DNA of 64,000 nt from Bacteroidales bacterium (GTDB lineage: Bacteria > Bacteroidota > Bacteroidia > Bacteroidales > UBA7960): positions 9,242-73,241 of the forward strand of contig PXAA01000123.1 of assembly GCA_003567205.1 (NCBI GenBank). The letters are read 5' to 3'. Numbering within the stretch: position 1 is the stretch's first letter; every line of letters starts with the position of its first letter. Below, one piece after another: positions 20,998 to 30,163 of the stretch. The position numbers and the translations under genes are program-made. The notes under the pieces were generated by a model. The model was not told the DNA's origin and searched no databases. It saw only the letters and a program-made list of their open reading frames with translations.

Positions 20998-21000
20998 GTG

Positions 21001-21049
21001 TTAGGGGTTTGGAGTTTGGGATTTGGAGTTTGGGGTTTGTAGTTTTGCC
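21001..21049 (-). repeat. Seven tandem 7-nt units (sense strand CYCCAAA; + strand TTTGGRG)
   Basis: The + strand reads TTAGGGG TTTGGAG TTTGGGA TTTGGAG TTTGGGG TTTGTAG TTTTGCC. The array encodes the crtB tail KLQTPNSKSQTPNP* and ends 3 nt before the tadA ATG. Confidence 0.8.
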
Positions 21050-21882
21050 TTCATCCAGTCAAATTTATTCCGCAAATAACATTTTACAAGCAAAATAAAC
21101 TTATGGGTATTAGGTACGCGAACCCGTTCTTCCTGCACCTGTCCGGGACCGGCACTTTGTATCTTGCGCAATAATTCCAGATAATACCGATAGGCAAGAT
21201 AGACCCCAAGCCTTACTTCCTTATTCAAAGATTTAATACCGGTAAAGGCATCCTCAAAGTCCTTCCGGATCTCCTGCTCAATTTTGTTCTTGTCATCTGC
21301 TGAAAAATTCTTCAGGTCTATTTCGGGGAAGTACACCCTTCCTCTTTCATCCATATCCGATCGCATATCGCGCAGGAAATTCACTTTCTGAAATGCTTCG
21401 CCCAGCTTACGGGCTGCAGGGAAAAGGGCGCGGTACTCTTCGTCGTTGCCGGAATAGAACACCCGCAGGCACATCAGGCCAACCGCCTCTGCCGAACCGT
21501 ATATGTATTGCTTGTATTCTTCCGCTGAAAACTCCTTTTTGTGGAGGTCCATCTCCATGCTGAACAAAAAGGCATTGATCAGTTCCCGGTCGATCCGGTA
21601 TGTATTCACCACCCACTGAAAACCGTGCAGTATCGGGTTGGTGCTCATTTTCTGATCGATGGCCTCATAGGTCCTTTCCTTAAAATCCCTGAGCAATGAG
21701 GCCTTGTCCTGATCATGAAATGTATCTACGATCTCATCGGCAAAACGCACAAATCCATAAATGGCGTAGATGGCCGGACGGTACTTTTTATCCAGTGTGC
21801 GAACCCCCATCGAAAAGGAAGTACTGTAGTTCTTTGTGGTGATTTCGCCACATTTCAGTGCATTACGTGTGTAAAGGTCCAT
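21001..21882 (-). CDS. crtB: Phytoene/squalene synthase family (phytoene synthase)
   Basis: Reads YSTSFSMG and RFADEIVD (first Asp-rich motif), and LRDMRSDMDERGRVYFP (second motif). It overlaps crtI by 20 nt. Confidence 0.85.
   Translation of the reverse strand: MDLYTRNALKCGEITTKNYSTSFSMGVRTLDKKYRPAIYAIYGFVRFADEIVDTFHDQDKASLLRDFKERTYEAIDQKMSTNPILHGFQWVVNTYRIDRELINAFLFSMEMDLHKKEFSAEEYKQYIYGSAEAVGLMCLRVFYSGNDEEYRALFPAARKLGEAFQKVNFLRDMRSDMDERGRVYFPEIDLKNFSADDKNKIEQEIRKDFEDAFTGIKSLNKEVRLGVYLAYRYYLELLRKIQSAGPGQVQEERVRVPNTHKFILLVKCYLRNKFDWMKAKLQTPNSKSQTPNP
21060..21067 (-). promoter_or_regulatory. Candidate internal -7 box TAAATTTG inside the crtB 3' end, upstream of tadA
   Basis: TAnnTTTG on the minus strand, 63 nt before the tadA ATG. 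If used, the 7-nt array would be the tadA 5' UTR. Confidence 0.35.
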
Positions 21883-23350
21883 ATGCCCTGGTTATACGTT
21901 CTACAAGCAATTTTGAGCTGATCACGGCCATGGGCAATCCGGTGCCTGGCACAGTGGATGCCCCGACATAAAAGACGTTTGCAAATTCTTCATCAACGTT
22001 TTTTGGCCTGAAACCACCGATCTGGTCCAGGTTATGCCCCAGACCAAGGCCGCTGCCCTTATATAAATTGAATGAGTCACGCCATTCAACCGGGGTCATC
22101 AGGGTTTGGGATACGATATGCTTTTGCAGATCAATGCCGATTCGACCTGACAAGTCGCCGATGATATTGGCAGCGACCTGCTCGCGATCCGACCAGTCCG
22201 GCTTAAAACGCATATCGGGTACCGGACAAAGTACGAATACACTTTCGCAGCCTTCAGGAGCACTTTCAGGATCAGACTTCGACACCACATTCATATAATA
22301 GTAAGGTTGGTCAAGCTTCATGGCGTTCTTAAAAATCTTGCCCGAATACTCCTTGAAATTGTCCCCAAGAAAATAATTATGCAATGGCACATCAGGCAGT
22401 TTGGTGTCCAGCCCGAGATACATGGTAAACGGTGCCAGCGTCCACTGCAGTTTATTCATCCGGGGTTCAGAGAATTTTTTTCGCTTAAAAATCTTGTGCC
22501 GGAACCAGGCGGCATCGGCATTCACAACAAAAAAATCGGATTCCCAGGCCTTCCCATGCTGGTCGATCATGGCCGTGATTTTCCCTCCCTCTTGCCTGTA
22601 ATCCACAATCTCCGTATCAAAATGCATCAATACACCGGCCTTGTCAAGTTCTTTGCGCAAACCATCCACGATCTTGTACATTCCACCCACCACATTATGA
22701 TAGCCATCATGCACCAATTCGGTGTATGACAAAATGGTATAGATGGCCGGGGTATCAAAAGGGGCTGCCCCCAGGAAAAAAGCCACCAGTGAAAAGATCT
22801 CTTTCACTTCGCGCGATTCAAAATGCCGCTCCATCTCTGACCATACCGAGCGCAGCAATTTGGGCGAATGCCTCACGGGGACCCGGAGCAGGGTTAACAG
22901 GTATTGAAACAGGGAATCATAGTTTCGTTTCAGGACCAGGTATTCCGTGTCGTGGAAAAACCTGGCTGCCTCTGTCAGGAATTTGTCCATCTTCTGGCGG
23001 AAATCCGGCTCCACCGCTTCAAACTCCCTGGCAAGGCGGTCAAGGTCGCGATAAATCATATAGCGTTTGTCGGATCCCCTGAAATTAACGGCATACAGCA
23101 CATCCAATTCGCGGAAGGTAAAAGGTAAATTGTTCAGGACCACATCCTTGCGGAATTCCTCAAATTCATAGGTCATGCTGAAAAAAGTCGGTCCCAAATC
23201 AAAGGTGAAGCCATCTTTTTTCAGCTGGTTAAGTCTGCCGCCGGGCTGATGGTATTTTTCCACCATTTCAACGGCATATCCACGGCTTGCCAAACGAAGG
23301 GCTGAGGTCATGGCACCCAATCCAGTACCCACAACGACTGCTTTTTTCAT
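21863..23350 (-). CDS. crtI: Phytoene desaturase
   Basis: Shows the N-terminal FAD fold VVVGTGLGAMTSALRLA and the C-terminal VGASTVPGTGLPMAVISSKL, and is 495 aa long. Confidence 0.85.
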   Translation of the reverse strand: MKKAVVVGTGLGAMTSALRLASRGYAVEMVEKYHQPGGRLNQLKKDGFTFDLGPTFFSMTYEFEEFRKDVVLNNLPFTFRELDVLYAVNFRGSDKRYMIYRDLDRLAREFEAVEPDFRQKMDKFLTEAARFFHDTEYLVLKRNYDSLFQYLLTLLRVPVRHSPKLLRSVWSEMERHFESREVKEIFSLVAFFLGAAPFDTPAIYTILSYTELVHDGYHNVVGGMYKIVDGLRKELDKAGVLMHFDTEIVDYRQEGGKITAMIDQHGKAWESDFFVVNADAAWFRHKIFKRKKFSEPRMNKLQWTLAPFTMYLGLDTKLPDVPLHNYFLGDNFKEYSGKIFKNAMKLDQPYYYMNVVSKSDPESAPEGCESVFVLCPVPDMRFKPDWSDREQVAANIIGDLSGRIGIDLQKHIVSQTLMTPVEWRDSFNLYKGSGLGLGHNLDQIGGFRPKNVDEEFANVFYVGASTVPGTGLPMAVISSKLLVERITRAYGPLHT

Positions 23351-23391
23351 TTTTAGTATATTGGTTGTGAATATAATGAATATCTTGCAAT

Positions 23392-24474
23392 ATGAAACAA
23401 AAAAGTGCGGTCATAGGTTCAGGGGTGGCAGGAATTGCCTCTGCAATCCGCCTGGCTGCCAAAGGTTATCTGGTGCAGGTTTTTGAACAGGCATCAGGGC
23501 CCGGAGGAAAATTATCTGAACGCCGCCACGGTGGATTCCGCTTCGATACCGGCCCCTCGTTGTTTACCCTTCCCGAACTGGTGACAGAGCTTTTCGAGTT
23601 ATGCGGGAAAGACCCACGCAATTATTTTACCTGTAAACTTCTGGATGCCAGCTGCAGATATTTCTGGGAAGACGGTACGGTGATCAATGCCTGGCATAAT
23701 TCTGATGATTTTGCCAAAGAAGTGGGCGTACAATTTCATTTCAACACAGCGGTGGAATCTGTCAGGGTGCAAAACAGGCGGGCAACCGGTTTACGGGCCG
23801 GAGGCAAGGACGTTGATTTTGATCTCATCGTAAGCGATGTGGATGTGGTGAACTTCTATAAAAAACTGCTTCCGGCGCATCCGCTTCCCAAAAAACTGCT
23901 ATCACATGAACGCTCCAGTTCAGCACTGATCTTTTATTGGGGGGTGAACAAAAACTTTCCGGAATTGTCATTGCACAACATCTTGTTTTCCAAAGACTAT
24001 GAAAAAGAATTCCGTCATTTATTCAGTGAAAAAAGCATCACCGGCGATCCCACTGTATATATTTTTATAAGTGCCAGGGAAGTCCCGGATGACGCCCCAA
24101 CAGGACAGGAAAACTGGTATGTGATGATCAACGCCCCGGAAAACACAGGACAGGAGTGGGATTCCATGGTATGCAATGCACGTAAACACATCGTCTCAAA
24201 AATCAAACGAATACTGGGAGTGGATATTGAACGACACATTGTAACAGAATCCCATGCCGATCCGCGGAGTATTGAGAACGATACCGGGTCCTATAACGGT
24301 TCCCTGTATGGCTTGAGTTCCAACAATAAATTTGCCGCATTTTACCGGCATCCAAATTTTAAACATTCAATAAAAACCCTTTATTTTACAGGCGGAAGTG
24401 TACACCCTGGCGGGGGGATCCCCTTGTGTCTGGCCTCGGCAAAAATTATTGACAAAGAAATTTCAGCGATATGA
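23392..24474 (+). CDS. CrtI/CrtD-family carotenoid desaturase paralog, internally shortened (360 aa versus approx. 490)
   Basis: The N-terminus (VIGSGVAGIASAIRLA ... GGKL ... FDTGPS) and the C-terminus (YFTGGSVHPGGGIPLCLASAKI) are intact. About 135 aa between FAKEV and GVQFHFNT are missing when compared with CrtI in this same window. Confidence 0.6.
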   Translation: MKQKSAVIGSGVAGIASAIRLAAKGYLVQVFEQASGPGGKLSERRHGGFRFDTGPSLFTLPELVTELFELCGKDPRNYFTCKLLDASCRYFWEDGTVINAWHNSDDFAKEVGVQFHFNTAVESVRVQNRRATGLRAGGKDVDFDLIVSDVDVVNFYKKLLPAHPLPKKLLSHERSSSALIFYWGVNKNFPELSLHNILFSKDYEKEFRHLFSEKSITGDPTVYIFISAREVPDDAPTGQENWYVMINAPENTGQEWDSMVCNARKHIVSKIKRILGVDIERHIVTESHADPRSIENDTGSYNGSLYGLSSNNKFAAFYRHPNFKHSIKTLYFTGGSVHPGGGIPLCLASAKIIDKEISAI

Positions 24475-25130
24475 CAAAAAGTAAAACAGTCCGGGTTGCC
24501 GGATATTTTTTTGTGGTGTATTACCTGGTAGGATTTGTTGGGTTGAGCCTGCCCGTCTCACGCGAGGTATTCACCGGATTGATGCCACTGTCTTTGTTGC
24601 TGAGCACAGCCATTCTCTTATTTTTTCACCGCACATGGCGTTCGGCCGACGCCATTGTGCTGATCTTTATTGCCATTACCGGATATCTTATTGAAGTGCT
24701 TGGCGTGCTGACGGGCCATGTGTTCGGCGCGTATTGGTACGGCAGTGCTCTGGGATTGCAAGCATTTAACACCCCGCTGATTATCGGGATCAATTGGATG
24801 ATGCTTGTTTACTGTGTATTTGCAATAATGGAAAGAATCCGGCTCTTCTGGCTGCTCAAAGCCATTGCCGCCGCCATCTTGCTGGTGGCCTACGACGTTG
24901 TGATGGAGCCGGTGGCCATGCGTCTCGATATGTGGAACTGGGAAACCTGGCATTGGGAGCATGTGCTCGCACCCATGCAGAATTACCAGGCCTGGTTCAT
25001 CATATCCCTTGTTTTTCTTGCCACCATGCATCTGGCAAAGATCAAGACAGGCAACCGCGTTGCCCCCTGGCTTTTTGGGGTGCGGTTTGCCTTTTTTCTT
25101 GCATTAAATGTGACCCTCAGGCTGCTATAA
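24471..25130 (+). CDS. Carotenoid biosynthesis membrane protein (DUF422/Caroten_synth; CruF-like 1',2'-hydratase family)
   Basis: Reads GHVFGAYWYGSALG and NTPLIIGINWMMLVY and has about seven TM segments. It overlaps the upstream gene by 4 nt. Confidence 0.7.
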   Translation: MTKSKTVRVAGYFFVVYYLVGFVGLSLPVSREVFTGLMPLSLLLSTAILLFFHRTWRSADAIVLIFIAITGYLIEVLGVLTGHVFGAYWYGSALGLQAFNTPLIIGINWMMLVYCVFAIMERIRLFWLLKAIAAAILLVAYDVVMEPVAMRLDMWNWETWHWEHVLAPMQNYQAWFIISLVFLATMHLAKIKTGNRVAPWLFGVRFAFFLALNVTLRLL

Positions 25131-25131
25131 T

Positions 25132-25470
25132 ATGATCAAAGCCAAACACAACAAAGCATTCGTACTTTTTTTTGATGTTTTGTTCATTGCGCAAAGGGTA
25201 AACAATTTGGTGTTTAAACGCAAGATGCATGTGATGATGCTGGAAGAAGAACTGCATAAGCGGTCTTTTTTGAGGAAACTTGGCGCCTTCTCCATACGAA
25301 AAAACAGCCTGAGCGCCTTGCATTCGTTAAAATATGCCACAAAAATCCTTTCAAAACCCAAAAACCTGCTCCTTCTTTTTCCGCAAGGCAGTTTTCAGTC
25401 TGCGCACCGTTATCCTGCACTCAACGTATATCTGATCTGCACCTTTTTGTGTATTTTTACCCCAATTTGA
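25132..25470 (+). pseudogene. Remnant of a PlsC/LPLAT-type acyltransferase (CruD-like position in the cluster)
   Basis: Retains VMMLEEELHKRSFLRKLGAFSI and LLLFPQG blocks. The H(x)4D motif is degenerate (HNKAFVLFFD). The ORF stops about 100 aa short, and there is an in-frame stop 21 nt upstream of the ATG. Confidence 0.5.
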
Positions 25471-25475
25471 ATCCC

Positions 25476-26570
25476 ATGTTTTACCTCGCACTCTTTGTTT
25501 TGATTTTTACCGGGTGTCGGTTAATGGTGGCTGCCGCCAACCTGCTCACGCGCCAGTGGCTTCAAACGGGTGATCCCGGGAGCAAACAAACAATTTCTAT
25601 ATTGATCCCGGCCCGCGACGAAGAACAAAACATCGGGGCCTTGCTTGAAAGCATCATTGTCCAGGAATACACACAATGGGAATGCTTGGTTTATGATGAC
25701 CTCTCTGTTGACCGTACGTCTGAAATTGTACTTGCCTGTGCCCGGAAAGATTCCCGCATCCGGCTTATTAAAGGCAGGGAACTGCCCAAAGGCTGGCTTG
25801 GGAAAAACCATGCCTGCCATCAACTGGCGCAACAGGCCACCGGCCATTATTTCCTGTTTGCAGATGCCGACGTACGTATGGGCAAAAGCCTGCTGAACGA
25901 TTCGCTGGCCCATTTGCAAAAACACTGCCTGGCCATGTTTTCTATATTCCCTCAGCAAATCATGTACAGCCCGGGCGAGAAACTGAGTGTTCCGCTGATG
26001 AACTGGATACTGGTAAGCCTGCTTCCACTGATTTTGACAAGGACATCCCGCCATCCATCACTGGCCGCAGCCAACGGACAATTCATCTTGTTTGATGCAG
26101 AAATATACAGGCAAAACCATTTCCATCAGTTATTCCGTAATAAGGCCGTGGAAGACATTGCCATTGCACGCTATATGAAGAAACAAGGCCTGCGCATTCA
26201 CACCATACTGAGTAAAGGCCAGGTGCAATGCCGGATGTACCGGTCATTGCATGAAGCCATGCAGGGTTTTTCGAAAAACGTGATGGCATTTTTTGGTTTC
26301 AGCACCCTGCTGGGGCTTTTTTATGCGTTGATCACCACTTTTGGGGTAATTCCTGTATGGCTGGCAATGGGGACACCATGGGCTGTTGCCTACCTGGCCG
26401 CCACCCTGATGATCAGGATGCTGGTTGCCTTTGCAAGTAAACAAAGCATCATGCACAATACCCTGACAGCTCCGCTGCAGCAACTTGTTTTTGTCGTGGT
26501 TATGATCATGGCCCTTTACAATAAGTCACAAAAGAAAAACATATGGAAAGGACGCTATATAGACGCCTGA
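25476..26570 (+). CDS. Family 2 glycosyltransferase, membrane-bound (CruC-like candidate carotenoid glycosyltransferase)
   Basis: Reads ISILIPARDEEQNIGALLESI and FADADV (DxD) and has C-terminal TM segments. I prefer ATG 25476 over GTG 25449. Confidence 0.7.
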   Translation: MFYLALFVLIFTGCRLMVAAANLLTRQWLQTGDPGSKQTISILIPARDEEQNIGALLESIIVQEYTQWECLVYDDLSVDRTSEIVLACARKDSRIRLIKGRELPKGWLGKNHACHQLAQQATGHYFLFADADVRMGKSLLNDSLAHLQKHCLAMFSIFPQQIMYSPGEKLSVPLMNWILVSLLPLILTRTSRHPSLAAANGQFILFDAEIYRQNHFHQLFRNKAVEDIAIARYMKKQGLRIHTILSKGQVQCRMYRSLHEAMQGFSKNVMAFFGFSTLLGLFYALITTFGVIPVWLAMGTPWAVAYLAATLMIRMLVAFASKQSIMHNTLTAPLQQLVFVVVMIMALYNKSQKKNIWKGRYIDA

Positions 26571-27313
26571 GCACAGTGACCCTCTTGCTGTTACTCTTTT
26601 GGCAAACACAGGCCTGGCCACAGGAGAGGCCTTGTGTCGGGCTAACCTGCCAGAACCTGATCTACCGGTCTTATGTGGAAGACCGCATGTCACTATGGGA
26701 AAGCACACTGGAAACCATGGAATTTGAATACTCGCTAAGGCCCGACGATGCCCTGCTGTATGATATCCTGCTGTCGCAATACGGTCTCATCGGGTACTAT
26801 CTGGGTTCGGACAGGAAAACAGAAGGCAGGTCCTTGCTGAACAAAGCAGAAAAATATCTGGAGATACTTGAAAACGCACCGGGCTACGATGCGGCCTCCA
26901 GGTTATTCCGGGCAGCATTCTATGCTTACCACATGGCAATTCGGCCCTGGCGCAGTGTGCAGCTGGGTATTGCCAGCGAGCGACTGATCAATGAAGCCAT
27001 TGAACTACGGACTGATTATCCCCGGGGATATCTCGAAAAAGGAAATATGTTGTATTTTGCACCAGCCATTTTCGGGGGCTCAAAAAAAAGATCCATTGAA
27101 TATTATTCGCAAGCGGTATCACTGTTTGAGCAGAACATACAAAACAACCACCGCTGGCTTTACCTGAGCACCCTTGTTTCCCTTGCCAATGCCCATGAGG
27201 GCACGGGGGATATAACAGCCGCCAAGGCCACTCTTGAAAAGGCACTCGAATTTGAACCCGGGTTCAAATGGGTGAAGGAAGAGCTTTTGCCCGAACTCCA
27301 ATCAAAAAAATAA
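26543..27313 (+). CDS. Secreted helical-repeat (TPR-like) protein of unknown function
   Basis: Shows the signal-like N-terminus LSTVTLLLLLFWQTQAWPQ and a C-terminal TPR-like motif, ANAHEGTGDITAAKATLEKALEFEP. It overlaps the GT2 gene by 28 nt. Confidence 0.5.
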   Translation: MERTLYRRLSTVTLLLLLFWQTQAWPQERPCVGLTCQNLIYRSYVEDRMSLWESTLETMEFEYSLRPDDALLYDILLSQYGLIGYYLGSDRKTEGRSLLNKAEKYLEILENAPGYDAASRLFRAAFYAYHMAIRPWRSVQLGIASERLINEAIELRTDYPRGYLEKGNMLYFAPAIFGGSKKRSIEYYSQAVSLFEQNIQNNHRWLYLSTLVSLANAHEGTGDITAAKATLEKALEFEPGFKWVKEELLPELQSKK

Positions 27314-27363
27314 TATCCGTCCGAACCAAAATAATTCATAACCAATGTAAATTGAATAATCAA

Positions 27364-30129
27364 ATGAAAAGACAACTGTTCTTACTGCATCTTATTCTGA
27401 CCTTTGCTATTTCCCTTCCGGGCTTTGCCCTCACGGAAAAGATCCCGCTCGACCATACGGTATACGATGACTGGAAAAACATTTCCAGGCCGCAGTTATC
27501 TGCCGATGGACGCTGGGCAAATTATGAAGTGAACCCGCAAAAAGGGGATGGCTGTTTAATCCTGGTGAACCTCCTGACAAATGAACAAGACTCCATTACC
27601 CGTGGTAGCCGTGCCGTTTTTTCTCCGGGATCTGATTTTGTAGCATACCTGATTTTTCCGAAAGAAAAAGATGTCCGCCAGGCAAAAGTGGAAGACAAAC
27701 ACCGCATTGAAATGCCCAAGAACCAATTGGGCATCAAGCGTCTGTTTGATGATGAACACGTGGTGACAGACAATGTGCAGTCGTTCGCTGTTGCCAAAGA
27801 AATATCGTCGTGGATGGTTTTTCAAATGGCCGAAATGACCGGCGACACCCTTACAGGCACGCAGCTCACTATTTTTAACCCTGTCAATCAGATAAGGCAT
27901 TCGTTCGACCACGTGACCGACTATGTTTTATCAGAAAATGGCCGGATGGTTGTTTTTATCCAGGCCCTTGACCAAAACGGGCGCTATGGCCTTCAGGTAT
28001 TCAACACTGAAACACAAACGCCGGCAACCATTTTTGAAAATCAGGGACGCATACGGCAGATCGCCGTTGACAGCCAGGGCACACAAACAGCATTTTTATT
28101 TTCTGAAAATGATGATGAACCGTACATCTATAGCCTGTTTCACTGGCAGGAAGGCGATGACGCTGCGATGGCCATTGTTGATCCGGACAAGTCCGGAATG
28201 CCCGATGGCTGGAGTGTCAGTGAACACCTATCCCCTGATTTTACCAAGGAGGGTACCAGGCTTTTTTTCGGAACAGCACCCACGCCATTGCCCGAACCGG
28301 AAGACACACTGCTTCCGGAGGAAAAGCACCGGCTCGATATATGGCATTACAGGGATCCGCTGATTCAACCCATGCAACTGGTACAGGCAGAAAGTGAGAA
28401 AAAGCGCGCCTATATTGCTGTTTATCATTTTAATGACGGACAGATGGTGCAACTGGCCGACAAAAAAATGCCCGATGTAAGCACCCGGCAATATGGCGAC
28501 GGCCGACTGGAAATGGGTGAGTCAAAACTGCCCTATCTCATTCCAAATTCTTTTGAATCAGGCGAATACCGGGATGTTTACCTGGTGGATGTTTTGACAG
28601 GAGAGCACACCATGGTACTGGAAAAACACCGGGGATCTGTGCACCGTTCAACCACCGGCGATCCAAGGCTTTCACCCGGCGGGAGCTTCCTGCTGTATTA
28701 TAACCAGGCAGACCGGAATTGGTATACGCTATCGCCGGGTGAACATAATGCGATAAATATCACTGAGGCCATTCCCTACCCCTTGTATGACGAATTGCAT
28801 GATACGCCCAGTGATCCGGACCCGCATGGTATTGCAGGCTGGGTGGAAGACGACCGCTTTGTGCTCATTTATGACCGCTTCGATATCTGGCGGGTAGATC
28901 CCACTGGAACGGAAACACCTGTATCCCTGACAAGTGGTTACGGACGCGAAAACAACATCCGTTTCCGCATTGCAGAACTTGACCCGGACAAAGTCCATAT
29001 CGGGCAACACGAACGCATTATGCTGTCAGCTTTTCATATCTTCAATAAACAGAGCGGTTTTTATAATATATGGATGCACCGCCCTGACAAGCCCGAACAG
29101 ATAGTGATGGATGATATACGCTTTTTTCGCCCACGCAAGGCAAGTGATGCAGAAGTCCTGCTCTGGCAGAAAAGCACTTTTAAAACCTATCCCAACCTCT
29201 GGGTGAGTGACCTGTTTTTTAACAACCCGCGCCGGATCTCGGATGCCAATCCCCAACAAGACAAGTATCTCTGGGGGAATGTGCAATTGGTGGAATGGCT
29301 GTCTTTTGCCGGTGATTCCCTGCAGGGTTTGCTCTATCTGCCGGAAAACATCGACCCGGACAAACAATACCCAATGATCGTATACTTCTATGAACGTTCA
29401 TCCGACGGGTTGCATTTTCATCAGGTGCCAGCCCCCAGCCGGTCTACCATCAACCGGTCGTATTGTGTGAGCAACGGATATATCGTTTTCGTTCCCGACA
29501 TTCGTTACAGGACAGGCTATCCCGGGCAAAGCGCCTATGATGCCATTGTTAGTGGCACCAAGGCCATGCTCAGCCAGTTTGACTTTATTGACAGCGAACA
29601 TATAGGCCTTCAGGGACAAAGCTGGGCTGGATATCAGATCGCATGGCTGATCACCCGCACCGATATGTATAAGGCCGCCATGGCCGGGGCCCCGGTAAGC
29701 AATATGATCAGTGCCTACGGCGGCATCCGCTGGGTCACCGGCATGAGCCGGATTTACCAGTACGAAGAAACCCAAAGCCGCATCGGCGGCACCATATGGG
29801 ACAAGACACTCCGGTATATTGAAAATTCACCGGTCTTTTTTGCCGACAGGGTCAACACCCCGCTTCTGATGATGCACAACGATGCCGATGGGGCGGTACC
29901 GTGGTATCAGGGCATCGAATACTTTATGGCGTTGCGGCGGCTCGACAAACCTGTATGGATGCTAAATTATAACGACGAAGCCCACAACCTGACACGCAGG
30001 CCCAATATGATGGACCTCAGTATACGGATGTACCAGTTTTTTGACCATTACCTGAAAGATGAACCCATGCCTGTATGGATGAAAGAGGGGGTGCCGGCCA
30101 TCAAAAAAGGAATCGAAGACGGGTATTAA
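27364..30129 (+). CDS. S9-family serine peptidase (prolyl oligopeptidase / DPP-like) with N-terminal beta-propeller
   Basis: Shows the signal peptide MKRQLFLLHLILTFAISLPGFA, the nucleophile elbow GLQGQSWAGY, and the C-terminal sequences NDADGAVP and NDEAHNL. The start is set at ATG 27364. Confidence 0.75.
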   Translation: MKRQLFLLHLILTFAISLPGFALTEKIPLDHTVYDDWKNISRPQLSADGRWANYEVNPQKGDGCLILVNLLTNEQDSITRGSRAVFSPGSDFVAYLIFPKEKDVRQAKVEDKHRIEMPKNQLGIKRLFDDEHVVTDNVQSFAVAKEISSWMVFQMAEMTGDTLTGTQLTIFNPVNQIRHSFDHVTDYVLSENGRMVVFIQALDQNGRYGLQVFNTETQTPATIFENQGRIRQIAVDSQGTQTAFLFSENDDEPYIYSLFHWQEGDDAAMAIVDPDKSGMPDGWSVSEHLSPDFTKEGTRLFFGTAPTPLPEPEDTLLPEEKHRLDIWHYRDPLIQPMQLVQAESEKKRAYIAVYHFNDGQMVQLADKKMPDVSTRQYGDGRLEMGESKLPYLIPNSFESGEYRDVYLVDVLTGEHTMVLEKHRGSVHRSTTGDPRLSPGGSFLLYYNQADRNWYTLSPGEHNAINITEAIPYPLYDELHDTPSDPDPHGIAGWVEDDRFVLIYDRFDIWRVDPTGTETPVSLTSGYGRENNIRFRIAELDPDKVHIGQHERIMLSAFHIFNKQSGFYNIWMHRPDKPEQIVMDDIRFFRPRKASDAEVLLWQKSTFKTYPNLWVSDLFFNNPRRISDANPQQDKYLWGNVQLVEWLSFAGDSLQGLLYLPENIDPDKQYPMIVYFYERSSDGLHFHQVPAPSRSTINRSYCVSNGYIVFVPDIRYRTGYPGQSAYDAIVSGTKAMLSQFDFIDSEHIGLQGQSWAGYQIAWLITRTDMYKAAMAGAPVSNMISAYGGIRWVTGMSRIYQYEETQSRIGGTIWDKTLRYIENSPVFFADRVNTPLLMMHNDADGAVPWYQGIEYFMALRRLDKPVWMLNYNDEAHNLTRRPNMMDLSIRMYQFFDHYLKDEPMPVWMKEGVPAIKKGIEDGY

Positions 30130-30163
30130 ACAATGAATCAGTCAATCAATTAAACTTGATCCT

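Noticed and set aside
23351-23391. The 41-bp crtI/crtD-like divergent spacer (TTTAGTATATTGGTTGTGAATATAATGAATATC), considered as another 7-nt array.
   Set aside because: Only two or three loosely similar units are present with no consistent phase, so it is better described as plain AT-rich promoter DNA.
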